A stretch of 64,000 bases of DNA. Origin: Eledone cirrhosa. Taxonomy: Eukaryota. The stretch is from positions 154,380,001 through 154,444,000 of the forward strand of contig OZ024740.1 in NCBI GenBank assembly GCA_964016885.1, read 5' to 3'. Positions 11,546 through 27,060 of the stretch are shown piece after piece; positions within the stretch are counted from its first letter, which is position 1; each line of letters opens with the position of its first letter. Below the pieces are notes generated by a model, which saw only the letters and a program-made list of their open reading frames with translations, was not told where the DNA came from and did no database searches. Made by a program: the position numbers and the translations under genes.

Positions 11546-12197
11546 TTATTTTAGCATTTTATTAGTCGATGACAATGCTCGAACACGAGTTTGCGGCCAT
11601 CATCATATGTGTATATATATATGCATATGGTTGGACAATACATGTGTCCCTGGACGCTTTTTGCGTGTAGGGATATATACTTTATTATTATTATTATTCT
11701 CCTCTTGGTCGAGAAAAAGAAAAGAAAAATTGGTCGTTTTGACTGCTGCTATTTATAGTGGTAGTAGACTGACCTCCCTGCCTCTGCTTCTATCTTTACA
11801 CACGGCACTGGACAGAATTGCTTCCACATCATTCATTCTCATCTCGGGAGCAATTTTGAAATGCGACAGTTCGTAATTTGAACTCGGGAATTTTATATTC
11901 TGCGAGTGAAAAGAACCTTCACGCTGAGGTGCGCTTGTCAAACAGTTTGACAAGCGCACCTCAGCGTGAAAGGTCGCTCTAAAAACGAAACAATACCTCC
12001 TACGTTAACCAAGAACTCCTAAGACCTAACCAACAACCAACAACTTAATTTATAAAATAATTTTTTCTAAGGAAAAAAAAAAAAAAAAGAAAATTTTTCT
12101 AATCCGGAAAAAAATTATTTTGGGATTTTGTGAAGAAAATAAATTTGTTGAAAGCACAAGTGAAGCCATTTTTTCTTCCCCCCTGTCTTAATATATA

Positions 12198-12260
<63 letters not shown>

Positions 12261-12263
<3 letters not shown>

Positions 12264-12462
12264 AAAATGTTCAAGACTCCGACGGCAGAGCTCAGGCCGT
12301 TTCGACGGCTATTTCCGTCCAGAAATAGCCAAATAGCCGTCGAAACGGCTTGAGCTCTGCCGTCGGTTTCTTAAACATTTTCCTATTACCCACTCTATTA
12401 CCCTAAGTATTGAGTACACTAGTGCGTTATGGTCCACCTGGTTCCTTACCACAGTCCCTTCG

Positions 12463-12465
<3 letters not shown>
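12261..12465. mobile_element. Short fold-back insertion in (TA)n
   Basis: Inverted repeat 12261-12313 / 12331-12384 with a 3' tail. Confidence 0.7.
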
Positions 12466-12517
<52 letters not shown>

Positions 12518-12522
<5 letters not shown>

Positions 12523-12840
12523 GTGAAAAATAGTTTAATTAGGAATAAGTAAATATTAGTAATAAGTATTGGTTAGTATTCAGTTTTAGTTTTAAGTCTT
12601 TACCGGTTGCGCATTTCTAATGCTTTTCAAAAATAATTTTGAGATAGAGCGCCCATGATGTTTGCTCTAATCTGATTAGTTTTGGAAATTCTACCTGTTT
12701 TATGTGAAAAAAGTGGCTCCAGAGGTATTAAAATAAGTTTCGCGCCAATCCGTGTTGCAAAAATTCTTGTGGTCAAAACAATTTTGATTGGTCGGTAAGG
12801 TCACGTGAATGTTAAAAAATTATTTTTCAGTGACTTCTTT
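12518..12840 (-). mobile_element. PLE 3' end related to 780-960, with HHR variant at 12598-12633
   Basis: TACCGGTTGCGCATTTCT..ATGCTTTTCAAAAATAA shared with 900-950. Confidence 0.7.
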
Positions 12841-12844
12841 TTCA

Positions 12845-13938
12845 GCAATATAGTTTGTTATCCTTAACTTTAAATATTAAATTAAGAAAAATAAAGAAAA
12901 ATAACAGATTGGGCAAAAATGCCTGGTAACAACTAGACAGTGTTGGAGACTGTTTCGCAACGACTTATTAAGTGAAGTTTTCACTTTTCTCTGCTCCTCA
13001 GTAGTTGTTGAGAAATTAGTGATCCTTTCACTTGTAAAAATATTAGAGAATGAATTGTGTACGATATGAATTATCACACGTGTCATTCGGAACCCAGCTT
13101 GTCTCGAAATTCCCTGCCGCTAAAAATAGCAGCTTGGCTGACAGGACAATAAAAATTAGCTCTACATGATGGAGCCGACAAATATATATTGAGTTAAGAA
13201 CTCAGAGTAGTCCCTTACAATTAAATAGCTCTAAGAAAAAAGCTTTTCCGAGCCGTACAATATAATGGTGAAAAAATACTAACTATAGCAATATAGTTTT
13301 CTTAATTTAAAGTTAACTATATTGCTGTAGTTAGTATTTTTTCACCCTAGCAAATTTTAGTCCTTGCGATTCGAACACATGTATGTTTATATTAGTGTTC
13401 ATCTCTCTTGATTATTCAATTATATTGTACGGCTCGGAAAAGCTTTTTACTTCGAGCTATTTAATTGTAAGGGACTACCCTGAGTTCTTAACTCAATATA
13501 CATTTGTCGGCTCCATCATGTAGAGCTAATTTTTATTGTCCTGTCAGCCAAGCTGCTATTTTTAGCGGCAGGGAATTTCGAGACAAGCTGGGTTCCGAAT
13601 GACACGTGTGATAATTCATATTGTACACAATTCATTCTCTAATATTTTTACAAGTGAAAGGATCACTAATTTCTCAACAACTACTGAGGAGCAGAGAAAT
13701 GTGAAAACTTCACTTAATAAGTCGTTGCAAAACAGTCTCCAACACTGTCTAGTTGTTACCAGGCATTTTTGCCCAATATAGATCTGTTATCTTTCTTAAT
13801 TTTTCTTAATTTAATATTTAAAGTTAAGGATAACAAACTATATTGCTGTAGTTAGTATTTTTTCGCCCTAGCAAATTTTAGTCCTTACGATTCGAACATA
13901 TGTATGTTTATATTAGTGTTCATCTCTCTTGTTTATTC

Positions 13939-13945
<7 letters not shown>
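12845..13945 (+). mobile_element. Non-coding element: about 520-nt partial tandem plus about 420-bp inverted copy
   Basis: 12845-13263 is inverted to about 13420-13847; 13315-13425 is directly repeated at about 13838-13945; ends in (TA)n. Confidence 0.8.
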
Positions 13946-14018
<73 letters not shown>

Positions 14019-14080
14019 CGGGTAAAATTCCCGATATATATATATATATATATATATATATCTAGGGCGGGTAAAATTCC

Positions 14081-14119
<39 letters not shown>

Positions 14120-14301
14120 CTAAATATATTTGTAAATTATAAACATACATACGTAATATAAAATATTGATACATACGAAAACAACGATAAATATTTGCAA
14201 GCAGACTATCAGAATGCTAAATAAGTTCATGAAATCATTCATTAGATTTAGAGCTATAATATAACAAGCTAGATAGACTGATAGAGAAAAACATAACAGT
14301 A

Positions 14302-14332
<31 letters not shown>

Positions 14333-14391
14333 TGTATATATATACATACATATATATATATATACACACATATGTATATGTATATATATAT

Positions 14392-14998
14392 AATTAAGTT
14401 AAAAATGTACATCCACATATGTATACTGAAATACTAGTATGCATATGAATACACACACGTGTACATATGTAGATGTACCGAGTTTTCACTGGTCACTTTA
14501 CTGTGAGTGTCCAGCTATTCTGTATGTAGACACACAGACAAACCGGTTCTTAGAGTCATACTGGTTTTTGAGGAAACACCTTTCCTCTATTCTCCAGAAA
14601 GCCAGACAAGGAATATTGGACTAGTTTCGATGTTGTTACATCTCATCAGCAATATTTACCTATCTTCCGGCTTCTCTAGAGAATCGTGAAAGCACATATC
14701 GTTATATGCTTTTTCTATGAAAATTAGTAGTGGGCAGACCAATTTGCATAGAGCGTGAGTACGTACCGGTTCAACGGAGACGATAAAAACAAATAACGAA
14801 ACGAAATTAAATTTCGTTTCGTTTGTAACTCACTTTTGTATGACTGACGCTTAAACAATTAAGTTAAAAATGTACATCCACATATGTATACTGAAATACT
14901 AGTATGCATATGAATACACACACGTGTACATATGTAGATGTACCGAGTTTTCTGTGACCAGTGAAAACTCGGTACATCTACATATGTACACGTGTGTG
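14392..14998 (-). mobile_element. Non-coding HHR element (family C, divergent), about 465-nt unit plus short inversion
   Basis: 14392-14490 is repeated at 14857-14952; 14956-14998 is inverted; shares motifs with 54836-57270. Confidence 0.8.
14612..14656 (-). ncRNA. Canonical minimal type I hammerhead ribozyme
   Basis: AATATTG-CTGATGA-GATGT aaca ACATC-GAAA-CTAG-TC-CAATATT; fully canonical with a GUC cleavage site. Confidence 0.92.
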
Positions 14999-15016
14999 TA
15001 AACAAATATTTGTTTT

Positions 15017-15051
<35 letters not shown>

Positions 15052-15058
15052 ATATATA

Positions 15059-15190
<132 letters not shown>

Positions 15191-15225
15191 CTGTGTGTGT
15201 ATATATATATATATATTTATATATA

Positions 15226-15262
<37 letters not shown>

Positions 15263-15298
15263 TTATATATATCTCTCTCTATATATATATAAGGCGGG

Positions 15299-15339
<41 letters not shown>

Positions 15340-15344
15340 AACTT

Positions 15345-15622
15345 AATGTTTATACTTCGTGACTCAAGTTTCATATTACAGAACATTTTTTTCGAACAGC
15401 CAACAGACGAGCAAATGAAACGCGCGCCATATCATATCACTTATAACATTTGATTATGAAGAGAGGATTTGGAAATCTTTTCCCATAATCAATGAAATTC
15501 AAATCATTTTTCATTATCAAGCGTAAGAAGATATATCTGATGTGGGTTTCGTTTACTTGTCTGATGATTGCTCAGAAATTATTCCGCAACATGAAACTTT
15601 AAATCACGAAGTATAAACATTG
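15345..15622. repeat. Imperfect about 85-bp inverted repeats (MITE-like or old fold-back)
   Basis: AATGTTTATACTTCGTGA..AAGTTTCAT versus ATGAAACTT..TCACGAAGTATAAACATT. Confidence 0.55.
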
Positions 15623-15698
15623 ATGCATTTCCCATGATAAATATCTAATTTTGTTATATGCACTCTGATTTTGTTCTCGTAATCACTTACATTCACCA

Positions 15699-15772
<74 letters not shown>

Positions 15773-15787
15773 ATATATATGTGTGTG

Positions 15788-15822
<35 letters not shown>

Positions 15823-15851
15823 ATGATATATATATATATATATATATATAA

Positions 15852-15892
<41 letters not shown>

Positions 15893-16114
15893 TATGTGTG
15901 TGTGCGCGTGTGAGTATACATATATGTGTGTGTGTGTGTGTATTCTTTTACTGGGTTCAGTCAGATTGCGGCCATGCTACAATCTGATTGAACCCAGGAT
16001 TATATTCAATCAAATCTCCCCCAGTACATATTGTATCGATATTCATTTTGCAAAACCCTAGATTACGGAACATAAATAAATAAATACAAACATGAACACC
16101 CACCAACCTATCCA

Positions 16115-16217
<103 letters not shown>

Positions 16218-16904
16218 CGATGCTCCTCTTCTTTGCAGTCCGTTATGGGCACGTATATGAAAGAAATGTCCAAGATTCTACGGCAGATATTGCATACATG
16301 CTGCACTAATGGCTACAAATGTTCGATTATGCTGCTACCTTGCTAGGCACCTCTCATTGCTCATAGTGATCTAGTCAGAGCGAAGCTAAGACAGATCAAG
16401 GAGATGCTGGGTGGTAAGAAAGCGCCAGCCTTTTCGGTCTTTTACATCATCTTCACACATGGGGTATATTTGTCTATTAGCGGTCACGTTCTTGTCCTGC
16501 AGGTGTAGCTAAAACTCTTTGGTTTCCGACTGCCTCTCAACTCTCAGCTGTGGTTCATAGTAACTGACTGTGTGCACCAGTGGCCATACCTCTGTAAATT
16601 ACCTCGATCGGCAAGCTAAATAAGGCGAGGAAACTTAAGTGAAAGAAGTCTCCTGTGGCCTTCTGAGTAAACGGCATTGTAATGTGGCAGGCGATTTGTA
16701 AGGAGCGATGTCTGTGACGTAAGTAGACATCGGCTAGTCGCTGGAACCGTCACCTTGTCTTGTTGCCGATGGGCCATATGTCCCACAGCTGATGAATAAG
16801 TGTGTACATCTGCACTACTGCAACGACAGAAATATCTCAAACAAAACATGCCCAAGTTGTTCTTCTCGAGGAGATCGGCTGTGTGACGACTTCCACGAGC
16901 TTTT

Positions 16905-17200
16905 TTTTCAGCACACAAAACCAAGATGGTGTAGGACAGAACAAAGGAGAGACACAAAATAACACATTAGTCTCTGAGGAAGTCACAGAATGTGTTACGA
17001 AAGAGCTTTGGCAATAAATAAACGACCATCCGGTTATTAAATCAACCAACTGGAAATTTGTAATAAATTAAAGTGAAAATCAATAGATGCGTGTGTTTTT
17101 ATTCGCAGCATAACCCTTCTCAAGTACAACAATATCTGTTTCATGACACGTTTTCTGGTAAGAATCTTGCAGAACAAATGCAAAAACGAAGTGTATGTAT
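16905..17200 (+). mobile_element. PLE family A 3' end with HHR at 16970-17012
   Basis: CTGAGGA-aGTCACA gaatg TGTTAC-GAAA-GAGC-TT; matches 26310-26565. Confidence 0.8.
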
Positions 17201-17223
17201 ATATATATATATATATATATGAA

Positions 17224-17258
<35 letters not shown>

Positions 17259-17374
17259 GAGAGAGAGAGAGGATTATGATCTTAAGTTTTGTGTATTGAT
17301 TAAGGAATATTTCCTTTCTTCGTAGAAATATGCATTTTGCTCTTCATTACCCCTTCTTCTTCTTCTTCTTCCTC

Positions 17375-17424
<50 letters not shown>

Positions 17425-17624
17425 TCCTAAAAGAAAATAATCTTAAACGATTATGGCTTTTGTTTGAATGAAACTGAATTGATTTTTAGATGTCAAATTA
17501 CAGGGTAAGGGCCATTATTATTATAATATTGTTGCTGTTGTCTTGTTTAAATAACAGTTTCAATATATATCTTGTCATATTCGATGAGAAACATAAAATC
17601 TATATAGTAAGTAACGTACGTGTA

Positions 17625-19713
17625 TGCATGTTCTTCTGGTTTTATAATTTCACAAATGGTTACCAATAGAGAGAGAGTCGGTTTCTAACATAGACACAAG
17701 ACTCTCACATCGGAATTTACACAACATCAACTAGGTAGATATGTATGTATGCATGCATGTGTAGATATGGATGTTATTGTATGTGTGGATGTGGATGTTT
17801 TGAGTTGTATGTGTGCATGTCTATATGCTTTGCATCTGCACATATGTATATGCAGTTATTAGATGCAAAATTTTTGGAATGTTTTACATATTTTTACTGT
17901 TCCATTAATGGATTGTACTTGTAATTTCCTAACTAGTTGTGTTCTTTCTGTTCCTGTGAAGCCTGGCTTCTCAAGATTTGTATTGAGGCAGTTACTAACA
18001 TATCCCAGTGCCCCAATAATCACAGGCATAAATCTGAAGGTGTAATCAGGGTGGAGTATCTGCAGATTTCTCATCAGTTCTGCATAAATATTCTCCTTTT
18101 CACTAATGTTTGATATTACATTGGCATATGCTGGGCAGCTAATTTCCACTACTGTGCATGCTTTCTTCCACTGTCCCATATCATAATATCTGGTCTGTTA
18201 TGCCTGCATTTTATTGGGGTTTTTACTAGAACATTCCACTAGTACTCTTTCATATTATGTACATGGATGTCTTCCACATTGCTGTAGCTTTTAATGTGTT
18301 TATTATAGGGGCTATCTTTTTTACGAACTGCATTGTACAGTGTTTTGGCCACTACACCATGCCTCATAGGTAGATAGAACCGCGATGGCATCTTTGGACA
18401 GCTACTGATCAATGTTAGTTCTGCAGAGTCTGCACTTGTTATCATATCTAGGTGTTTTGCCTGCATCCCTATCTCTTTTGTGAATCAGGTATTTCGTGTT
18501 AATCTCCTGTTCTTGGATGTCAAAAGCGTATCCTTCAAAGTGGGAGCCAATATAGCTGTTGTTGGTCCAAGATAGACTACTTTCCTTATCTATATTACTC
18601 TCACTCTGGAGCTTTCTGGCAACATATCCATGCATGATTTTTTGCTGATAAGCATGCAGTTTTTCATCCATGGATTCACTGCGATACTGCTGAGCGACAT
18701 CCCTGGGTGTAAGTTTTTGATTATCACACAGGGAATATCTCTCGAGGAGTTCCTTCCCAACTCTCATGATCTTATCTGTTTCATGCAGATAGACTTGCTC
18801 GAGAAACGGGCTCCTACGCTTCGAGGTTAGTATATGTTGTCGGAGAAATATGATGCGACATTCAAATGTTGTCTGGACTGATGTTAGGCCTCTGCCTTCC
18901 TGCTTACGTTTCAAGTAAAGGCAGTCTATGTCACTGTTGATGTGGAAGTTTCCGGTGTTGTTTAGTGTTTTTCGAGTTCCAACATCAACTGCTCGGATTT
19001 CGTCTATCGTCCAATTGAGTATTCCAAACGTTGGTGTTAGGACAGGCACAGCAAACACATTGTGAGCCACTGTTTTGTTTTGCGCAGAGAGTTACGATGA
19101 CCAGATCTTTCTTAATCGGGTGTAGTATTCCCTGGTAACGCGTTCTTTATTACAGATACCATTATAGGATATGTTCTCATCTATCCCCACGTATCTGTAG
19201 CAGTCCGCATCAGATATCGGTGAAACAGTTAGGCCATTGATTACAATGTTGCTAGATTGGGTTGTTGTTTTTCCCCGCTTTACAGTCATGTATGAGCATT
19301 TATCTTGGCCAAACTCCATTCCTATATCCTTTGAGAACATTGTAACCATGTCAAGAATTTTCTTCATCCCATCCATGTTCTTGGCATAGAGTTTCAGATC
19401 GTCCACAAAGAAATTATGGGTTAGGTTCGTATTTCTGTCCTCCTGTGAGCCAATGATGTATCCCTCACATTTCTTGAGCAGAAAGGACAAGGGGTTTAAT
19501 GACAAGATGAATAATATCACAGAGAGACTGTCCCCCTGAAATATACCCCTGCAATATTTTATTTTATCAGTGAAAATAGAGTTCTCCCTCTCTGTCTTTA
19601 ACCATAGGATAGTAGCCCAAGAAGAAGACAGCCTCTCTATGGCTCTGACAATAATGTCTGGGACTTTAGCAAGTTGGAGGGCCTCTATCATCCAAGAGTG
19701 GGGAACAGAATCG
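17625..19713 (-). mobile_element. R4/Dong-clade non-LTR retrotransposon, 5'-truncated (RT, CCHC knuckle, RLE endonuclease, 3' UTR)
   Basis: YDSVPHSW, RGIFQGDSLS, FFVDDLKLY, GMEFGQDKC, CRLC zinc knuckle, RPDI..VEISCP..EK..Y RLE motif; frameshifts and stops; (CATA)n-type flanks. Confidence 0.9.
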
Positions 19714-19837
19714 TATGTATGTATGCATGTATGCATTTTTATGTATGCATATGTATATATGTATGTATGTATTTATGCATGCATGTATGCATTTGTATGT
19801 ATGCGTATGTATATATGTTTGTAAGTATGTATGTAGA

Positions 19838-20198
19838 TAAACTCTGATATAACACCTGCAACCCTGATGGTATCCAATGATGTTGACTTGTTCTTCTTTT
19901 TGGTAAATATCATCTTGGTTAAGAGAGTGGGACTGGCTTTGTGCAGTGCCTTTGCTCACTATAAAAGCTTCACGGCACAGGCATTGCTTTATATCTGGAG
20001 ATCTCTCTGCACTTGTCGTCACATGGTACCATGGGCCCAGCACTATGTGTCAATAATTGTCGCAAGTGTAGTGTTTGTACCAGAGTTTTCAAGTCGCTGG
20101 CTGGACTAAAAAGTCACACTCGTTCAGCGCATCGGTAGGCGTTCTCCTACATGGATATAAAGTAGTGGCCGTACTCGAAAACGAGTTGGCAGCCACCA
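19838..20198 (+). mobile_element. RTE-related non-coding element (family B), 5'-truncated, (TATG)n tail
   Basis: Reverse complement of 34777-35135. Confidence 0.8.
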
Positions 20199-20608
20199 TG
20201 TATGTATATATGCATATGCATGTATGCATGTAAGTATGTATGTATTTATGTGTGCGTGTGTATCTATGCATGTATGTATTTATGTGTGCGTGTGTATCTA
20301 TGCATGTATGTATTTATGTGTGTGTGTGTGTGTGCGTATGTATGCATGTATGTATGTATGTATTATTTTTGCTGTTATTGTTGCTGTTATTGTGGCTGTT
20401 GTATATTGTGGTAAAGGAAATATTTATTATTATATGACTCAGGAAAACTCATTAAGAAAAACAAATTTGTTTTGGTTATGAGCTATCATTGAGGTAAAAA
20501 AAATTAACTTTTGACATGTCTTCGTGAAATAATGGTAGTATAATGGACTGCGTTATAGATAATAGGAGCATTCAAAACTTGTCAGAATAATAATAACAAC
20601 AATAATAG

Positions 20609-20673
<65 letters not shown>

Positions 20674-21174
20674 GAGGTTATATTTAATTTGTTGGGATTC
20701 AACAAGCTTAAAGAATTTTATAACTGATATAAAGCAACGTATCATTATAAATATTATAATCACAACGTAATGAACCCTACATTCTAAATATTATTCTTCC
20801 ACGTTAATCTTATTTCTTCTTTCACTTCTTCCTTCACTTCTTCTTTCACTTAGATATATTTACGCTATGTATATTTTTCCATTAAAACTTATTTCTTCAT
20901 TTACTCTGTCTATCTCCAATATCACTATGTATAATCGTTCTTTCTTTCCTCTTATCTCTTTCTCCTTCCTTTTCTTTTTCCTCTCTCCCTTACATAACAT
21001 CTTCTTCCAAATAAACCGTTATCTTTTCAATTTCTCGGACACTCATTTGCATACTCACTCATAACTTTGTATTACCCTGAATAAAATATTATCTCCACTA
21101 TCCAGGAAGGTCCAACCGTTAAGTGTTTGTCTTTTTTTTCGGTTATGTCAATGTTTATTTATAAAACAAATGTG

Positions 21175-21240
21175 TATTTTATCTGATGAAAGCGCACCAT
21201 AATTTGCCTTGGTTGACCTTGAAATATATATAATGAAATA
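21175..21240 (+). ncRNA. Hammerhead ribozyme in a PLE-type 3' end (about 20770-21285)
   Basis: TATTTTAT-CTGATGA-AAG..CCA..TGG..CTT-GAAA-TATATA-TA-ATGAAATA; second copy at 49479-49544. Confidence 0.8.
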
Positions 21241-21409
21241 AATATGGTTTTATAAATATAGTTTCCATTTATTAATATATTGTATATATATATATATATA
21301 TAATAATAATAAATTTGAAGACTAAAATCCAAAGAGGGCACGATAAGGATAAATATATATCAAATATATAAGAACTGTAGAGCAAATATTTATTAAAATA
21401 ACAGATTAA

Positions 21410-21460
21410 AGTTTAAGCAAAGAATCGCTGCTTTCACCCTTAACGGGATCTTCTGAAACT
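21410..21460 (-). ncRNA. Hammerhead ribozyme, CAGAAGA core variant
   Basis: AGTTT-CAGAAGA-tCCC gttaa GGGt-GAAA-GCA gcgattctt TGC-TT-AAACT. Confidence 0.7.
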
Positions 21461-22437
21461 AACAAAGTCAATCTGTAAACGCAGAAGTGGATATTTTAAA
21501 AAACGTTGCAACCGAAGGAAGACAAGAAGACGATACTTTGGTTCGTGGAAACGTTCCCTGGCAAAGAACGGGAAAAAACGAATATAATACGTCATTATTT
21601 GGAGCGGTGAAAAACAATTAGACGCAAAGACAGAACGACGTTTATGGTATAAAAGAAGTTGTAGACTAATGTTCTCTTAGGTGGGTCATAGAGACGTTCT
21701 CTGGCAATGAACGGAAAAAACGAAGATAATACGTCATATGTGGAGCGGGAAGAACAATTGACCGCAAAGACAAAACCACGTAAATGGTATAGCTGAAGTC
21801 GTAGACTAAAATTCTAACAAAGAAACCGAATGATTCTCCGTTTCAGAGTTAAGAATAAAGTAAATAAAATACAATACAGAGGTAATTGATATTAAATAAA
21901 TACATACACGGATCCAAATATGTACATACACAGGCATACGCGAAAACACTCGCCATAGGTATTCAAACCACGCACATATAAATATATGTGTGTGTGCGTG
22001 CGTGTATACAAATAAATAAGTAATTAAATAAACTTATATAAATAAATAAATACGTATATAACAAGCGCACACATATACCTATATGTAAATACACAAATGT
22101 TCGGAGACGTACGTCAACCAAAACATGAAATACACATATACACACACCCAACATACGTACGAAGCCGCATACTCACACAGACGCAAAACTCCCGTATACA
22201 CATAACCAAAAGCATATGTACCAGAATATATAAAAATATACGCCATAATAAAATCAAATATACGTACGAGAAAGTATACGTACCTTCACAAAACATACAC
22301 GTAATATATATTTCCTATGCAAATAAGTAATGGTATAAACATAACATATACTTAACTACCACATCAAGACGTAAAATATCCACGTATAGATCGTACTAAC
22401 CGTTAGGGTATAATGTGGGGCTGTAATACAGGAAAGT

Positions 22438-23650
22438 TTAGTGCAATTTATGTTTACAAGCCGAAATTGCCTCAGAAATTTTGTTTAAGATGTGGTCTGT
22501 GGCGTAGAGTATTTCCAGGGCCTCAGTGGCGCAGAGGTCACATGGTCTTTTATTTCCGTTATACAATCTAGCCCTAGCTGGGATCTCCCAGTGTAACTTA
22601 TATTGGCTGTGGTTGTCTTTTAGACTCCAGATATAAGCTGAAAGTGACGTCATATTCCTTCTTAGAGAGTAACGAAAAGAATGGGTATGCATGTAAAGAC
22701 ACTGCTTGAATCTATTGGCGGTTAACCCTATGTAGGCCCTACGGGACGTGGGTGTTTCAACCTTACATTTGTAGACAATGTTACTAGTGAGGCATTTCCC
22801 GGATAGGGGGCAATCAACCCGATTCCTACAATTACAGTTAGTACTAACTACAGGGTTGCACGTGTTCCTACGGCAAGGTAGTTTAGCTAAATTTGAAGCT
22901 GTGATGTTATGTGCAAGGTTAGGAGTCGTAGAGTAAGAAATTTTAATAGTATTTCAATTAAAAATTTTACTTATATTTATGTGTAGGGGGAAAATGCTTC
23001 GTAATAAGGGATAGAAGATCTTAGATAATGGTGTGGCCACCTCCATATTATATGGTGGGTTATACCATATGATGCGACGGGATCTAGTTCTTCTAGGTCT
23101 ATTCTCGTACTCTGTATATGCTACCTTATCGACAAATCCACTCCGAGCAAGAGCTTCATTGTAATAAGTGGAATGGTCGTTGAAAATATGCTTGTTAGTA
23201 GATAGACGGGAAAGCCTCAACGAAACGTTTCTTACCAGGTTCTTGGTTATGCTGGCAGGATGGTTGGAATGCTTACTTATGTAATTAAGCGTATCATTCA
23301 GCTTTCTATACGAGTAATACAAGCCATTCAATAAATTGAGGGTAACGTCGAGGTAATTAACGACCGAGAAGTTGGCCTCAACCTGTATAGAGAGGTTGAA
23401 GCCTTTAAAGAAGGCTGTGAGTTCTTTTCTGAACATGTCGCAAGCTCGAGGGCCGCACTTAGTGATGGTCAAAAGACCATCATCACGGTACAAACCTCCG
23501 CCCACGTTGAGGAATTCGTCCTTGATAGAGAAAAAAAGGAAAAGGCCGATAAGATCAGTAACCTCCGCGGGAATCGCCGGCGCCCATACTCACGTCGAAT
23601 GGGGTACTATTGGATTTTTTTATCCAAATAGAGTCGTCGAAATTAATCAC
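22438..23650 (-). pseudogene. PLE RT plus GIY-YIG coding region (frameshifted)
   Basis: ORF pieces 22954-23505 and 22438-22692 plus the intervening cysteine-rich linker. Confidence 0.9.
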
Positions 23651-24026
23651 CGACTTACAGGCATTGATAGAATTTTAGTCTACGACTTCAGTTATACCAT
23701 TTACGTGGTTTTGTCTTTGCGTGTAATTGAATTGTTCTCACCGCTCCACATATGACGTATTATCTTCGTTTTTTCCGTTCATTGCCAGAGAACGTCTCCA
23801 TGGACCACCTAATAGAATATTAGTCTACGACTTCATTTATACCATAAACGTGGTTTTGTCTTTGCGTGTAATTGTTTTCACAGCACCAAATTATGACATA
23901 TTATCTTCGTTTTTTTTCGTTCTTTGCCAGGGAACGTTTCCACGAACCAAAGTATCGTCTTCCTGTCTTCCTCCGGTTGCAACGTTTTGGAAATATTTAC
24001 TTCTGCGTTCACAGATTGACTTTGTT

Positions 24027-24077
24027 AGTTTCAGAAGATCCCGTTAAGGGTGAAAGCAGCGATTCTTTGCTTAAACT
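24027..24077 (+). ncRNA. Hammerhead ribozyme, CAGAAGA core variant (inverted pLTR copy)
   Basis: Identical to 21410-21460. Confidence 0.7.
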
Positions 24078-24199
24078 TTAATCTGTTATTTTAATAAATA
24101 TTTGGTCTACGGTTCTTATATATAACTGATATATATTTATCCGTATCGAGCCCTGTTTGGATTTTAGTCTTCAAATTTATTATTATTACTATATATATA

Positions 24200-26671
<2,472 letters not shown>

Positions 26672-26684
26672 ATGTGTATATGTG

Positions 26685-26743
<59 letters not shown>

Positions 26744-27060
26744 TATATATATATGAATTCTCTATAGCTATATATATTATGTAACTATATTTATCCCATT
26801 ACAGAAACTAATTAGTTGGAGTGAAAATTTTAGTAAGTAAGTTGATTTTTAACTTTTAAAATTTTCTTATTTTACGTCTTTCATATAATTGTTCTGCATT
26901 CACCTGCATAGAACCACATAGGTACTAAGACATAACTTATATATTTGCTAGCATGAGTGTACATCTGTACACATATGTTGGTAGATGTACTAATTCTCTC
27001 TATATATGTATATATATGTATATATACATATGTATATATATATAATATATATAATATATA

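Larger units (their letters stand above)
21301..24192 (-). mobile_element. Naiad-like Penelope element (family Y), 5'-truncated, with inverted pLTR copy
   Basis: RT GGLYRDDG, YLDVT, WYNPPY; NCNCRNRVDCPLSGKC-NIVYKC-YIGLT GIY-YIG; CDLC..CKHK. 21301-21815 is inverted to 23668-24192; (TA)n flanks. Confidence 0.92.

Noticed and set aside
16220-16900. Possible coding exon or retroelement ORF1 remnant
   Set aside because: No recognisable motif in any frame; left unannotated.
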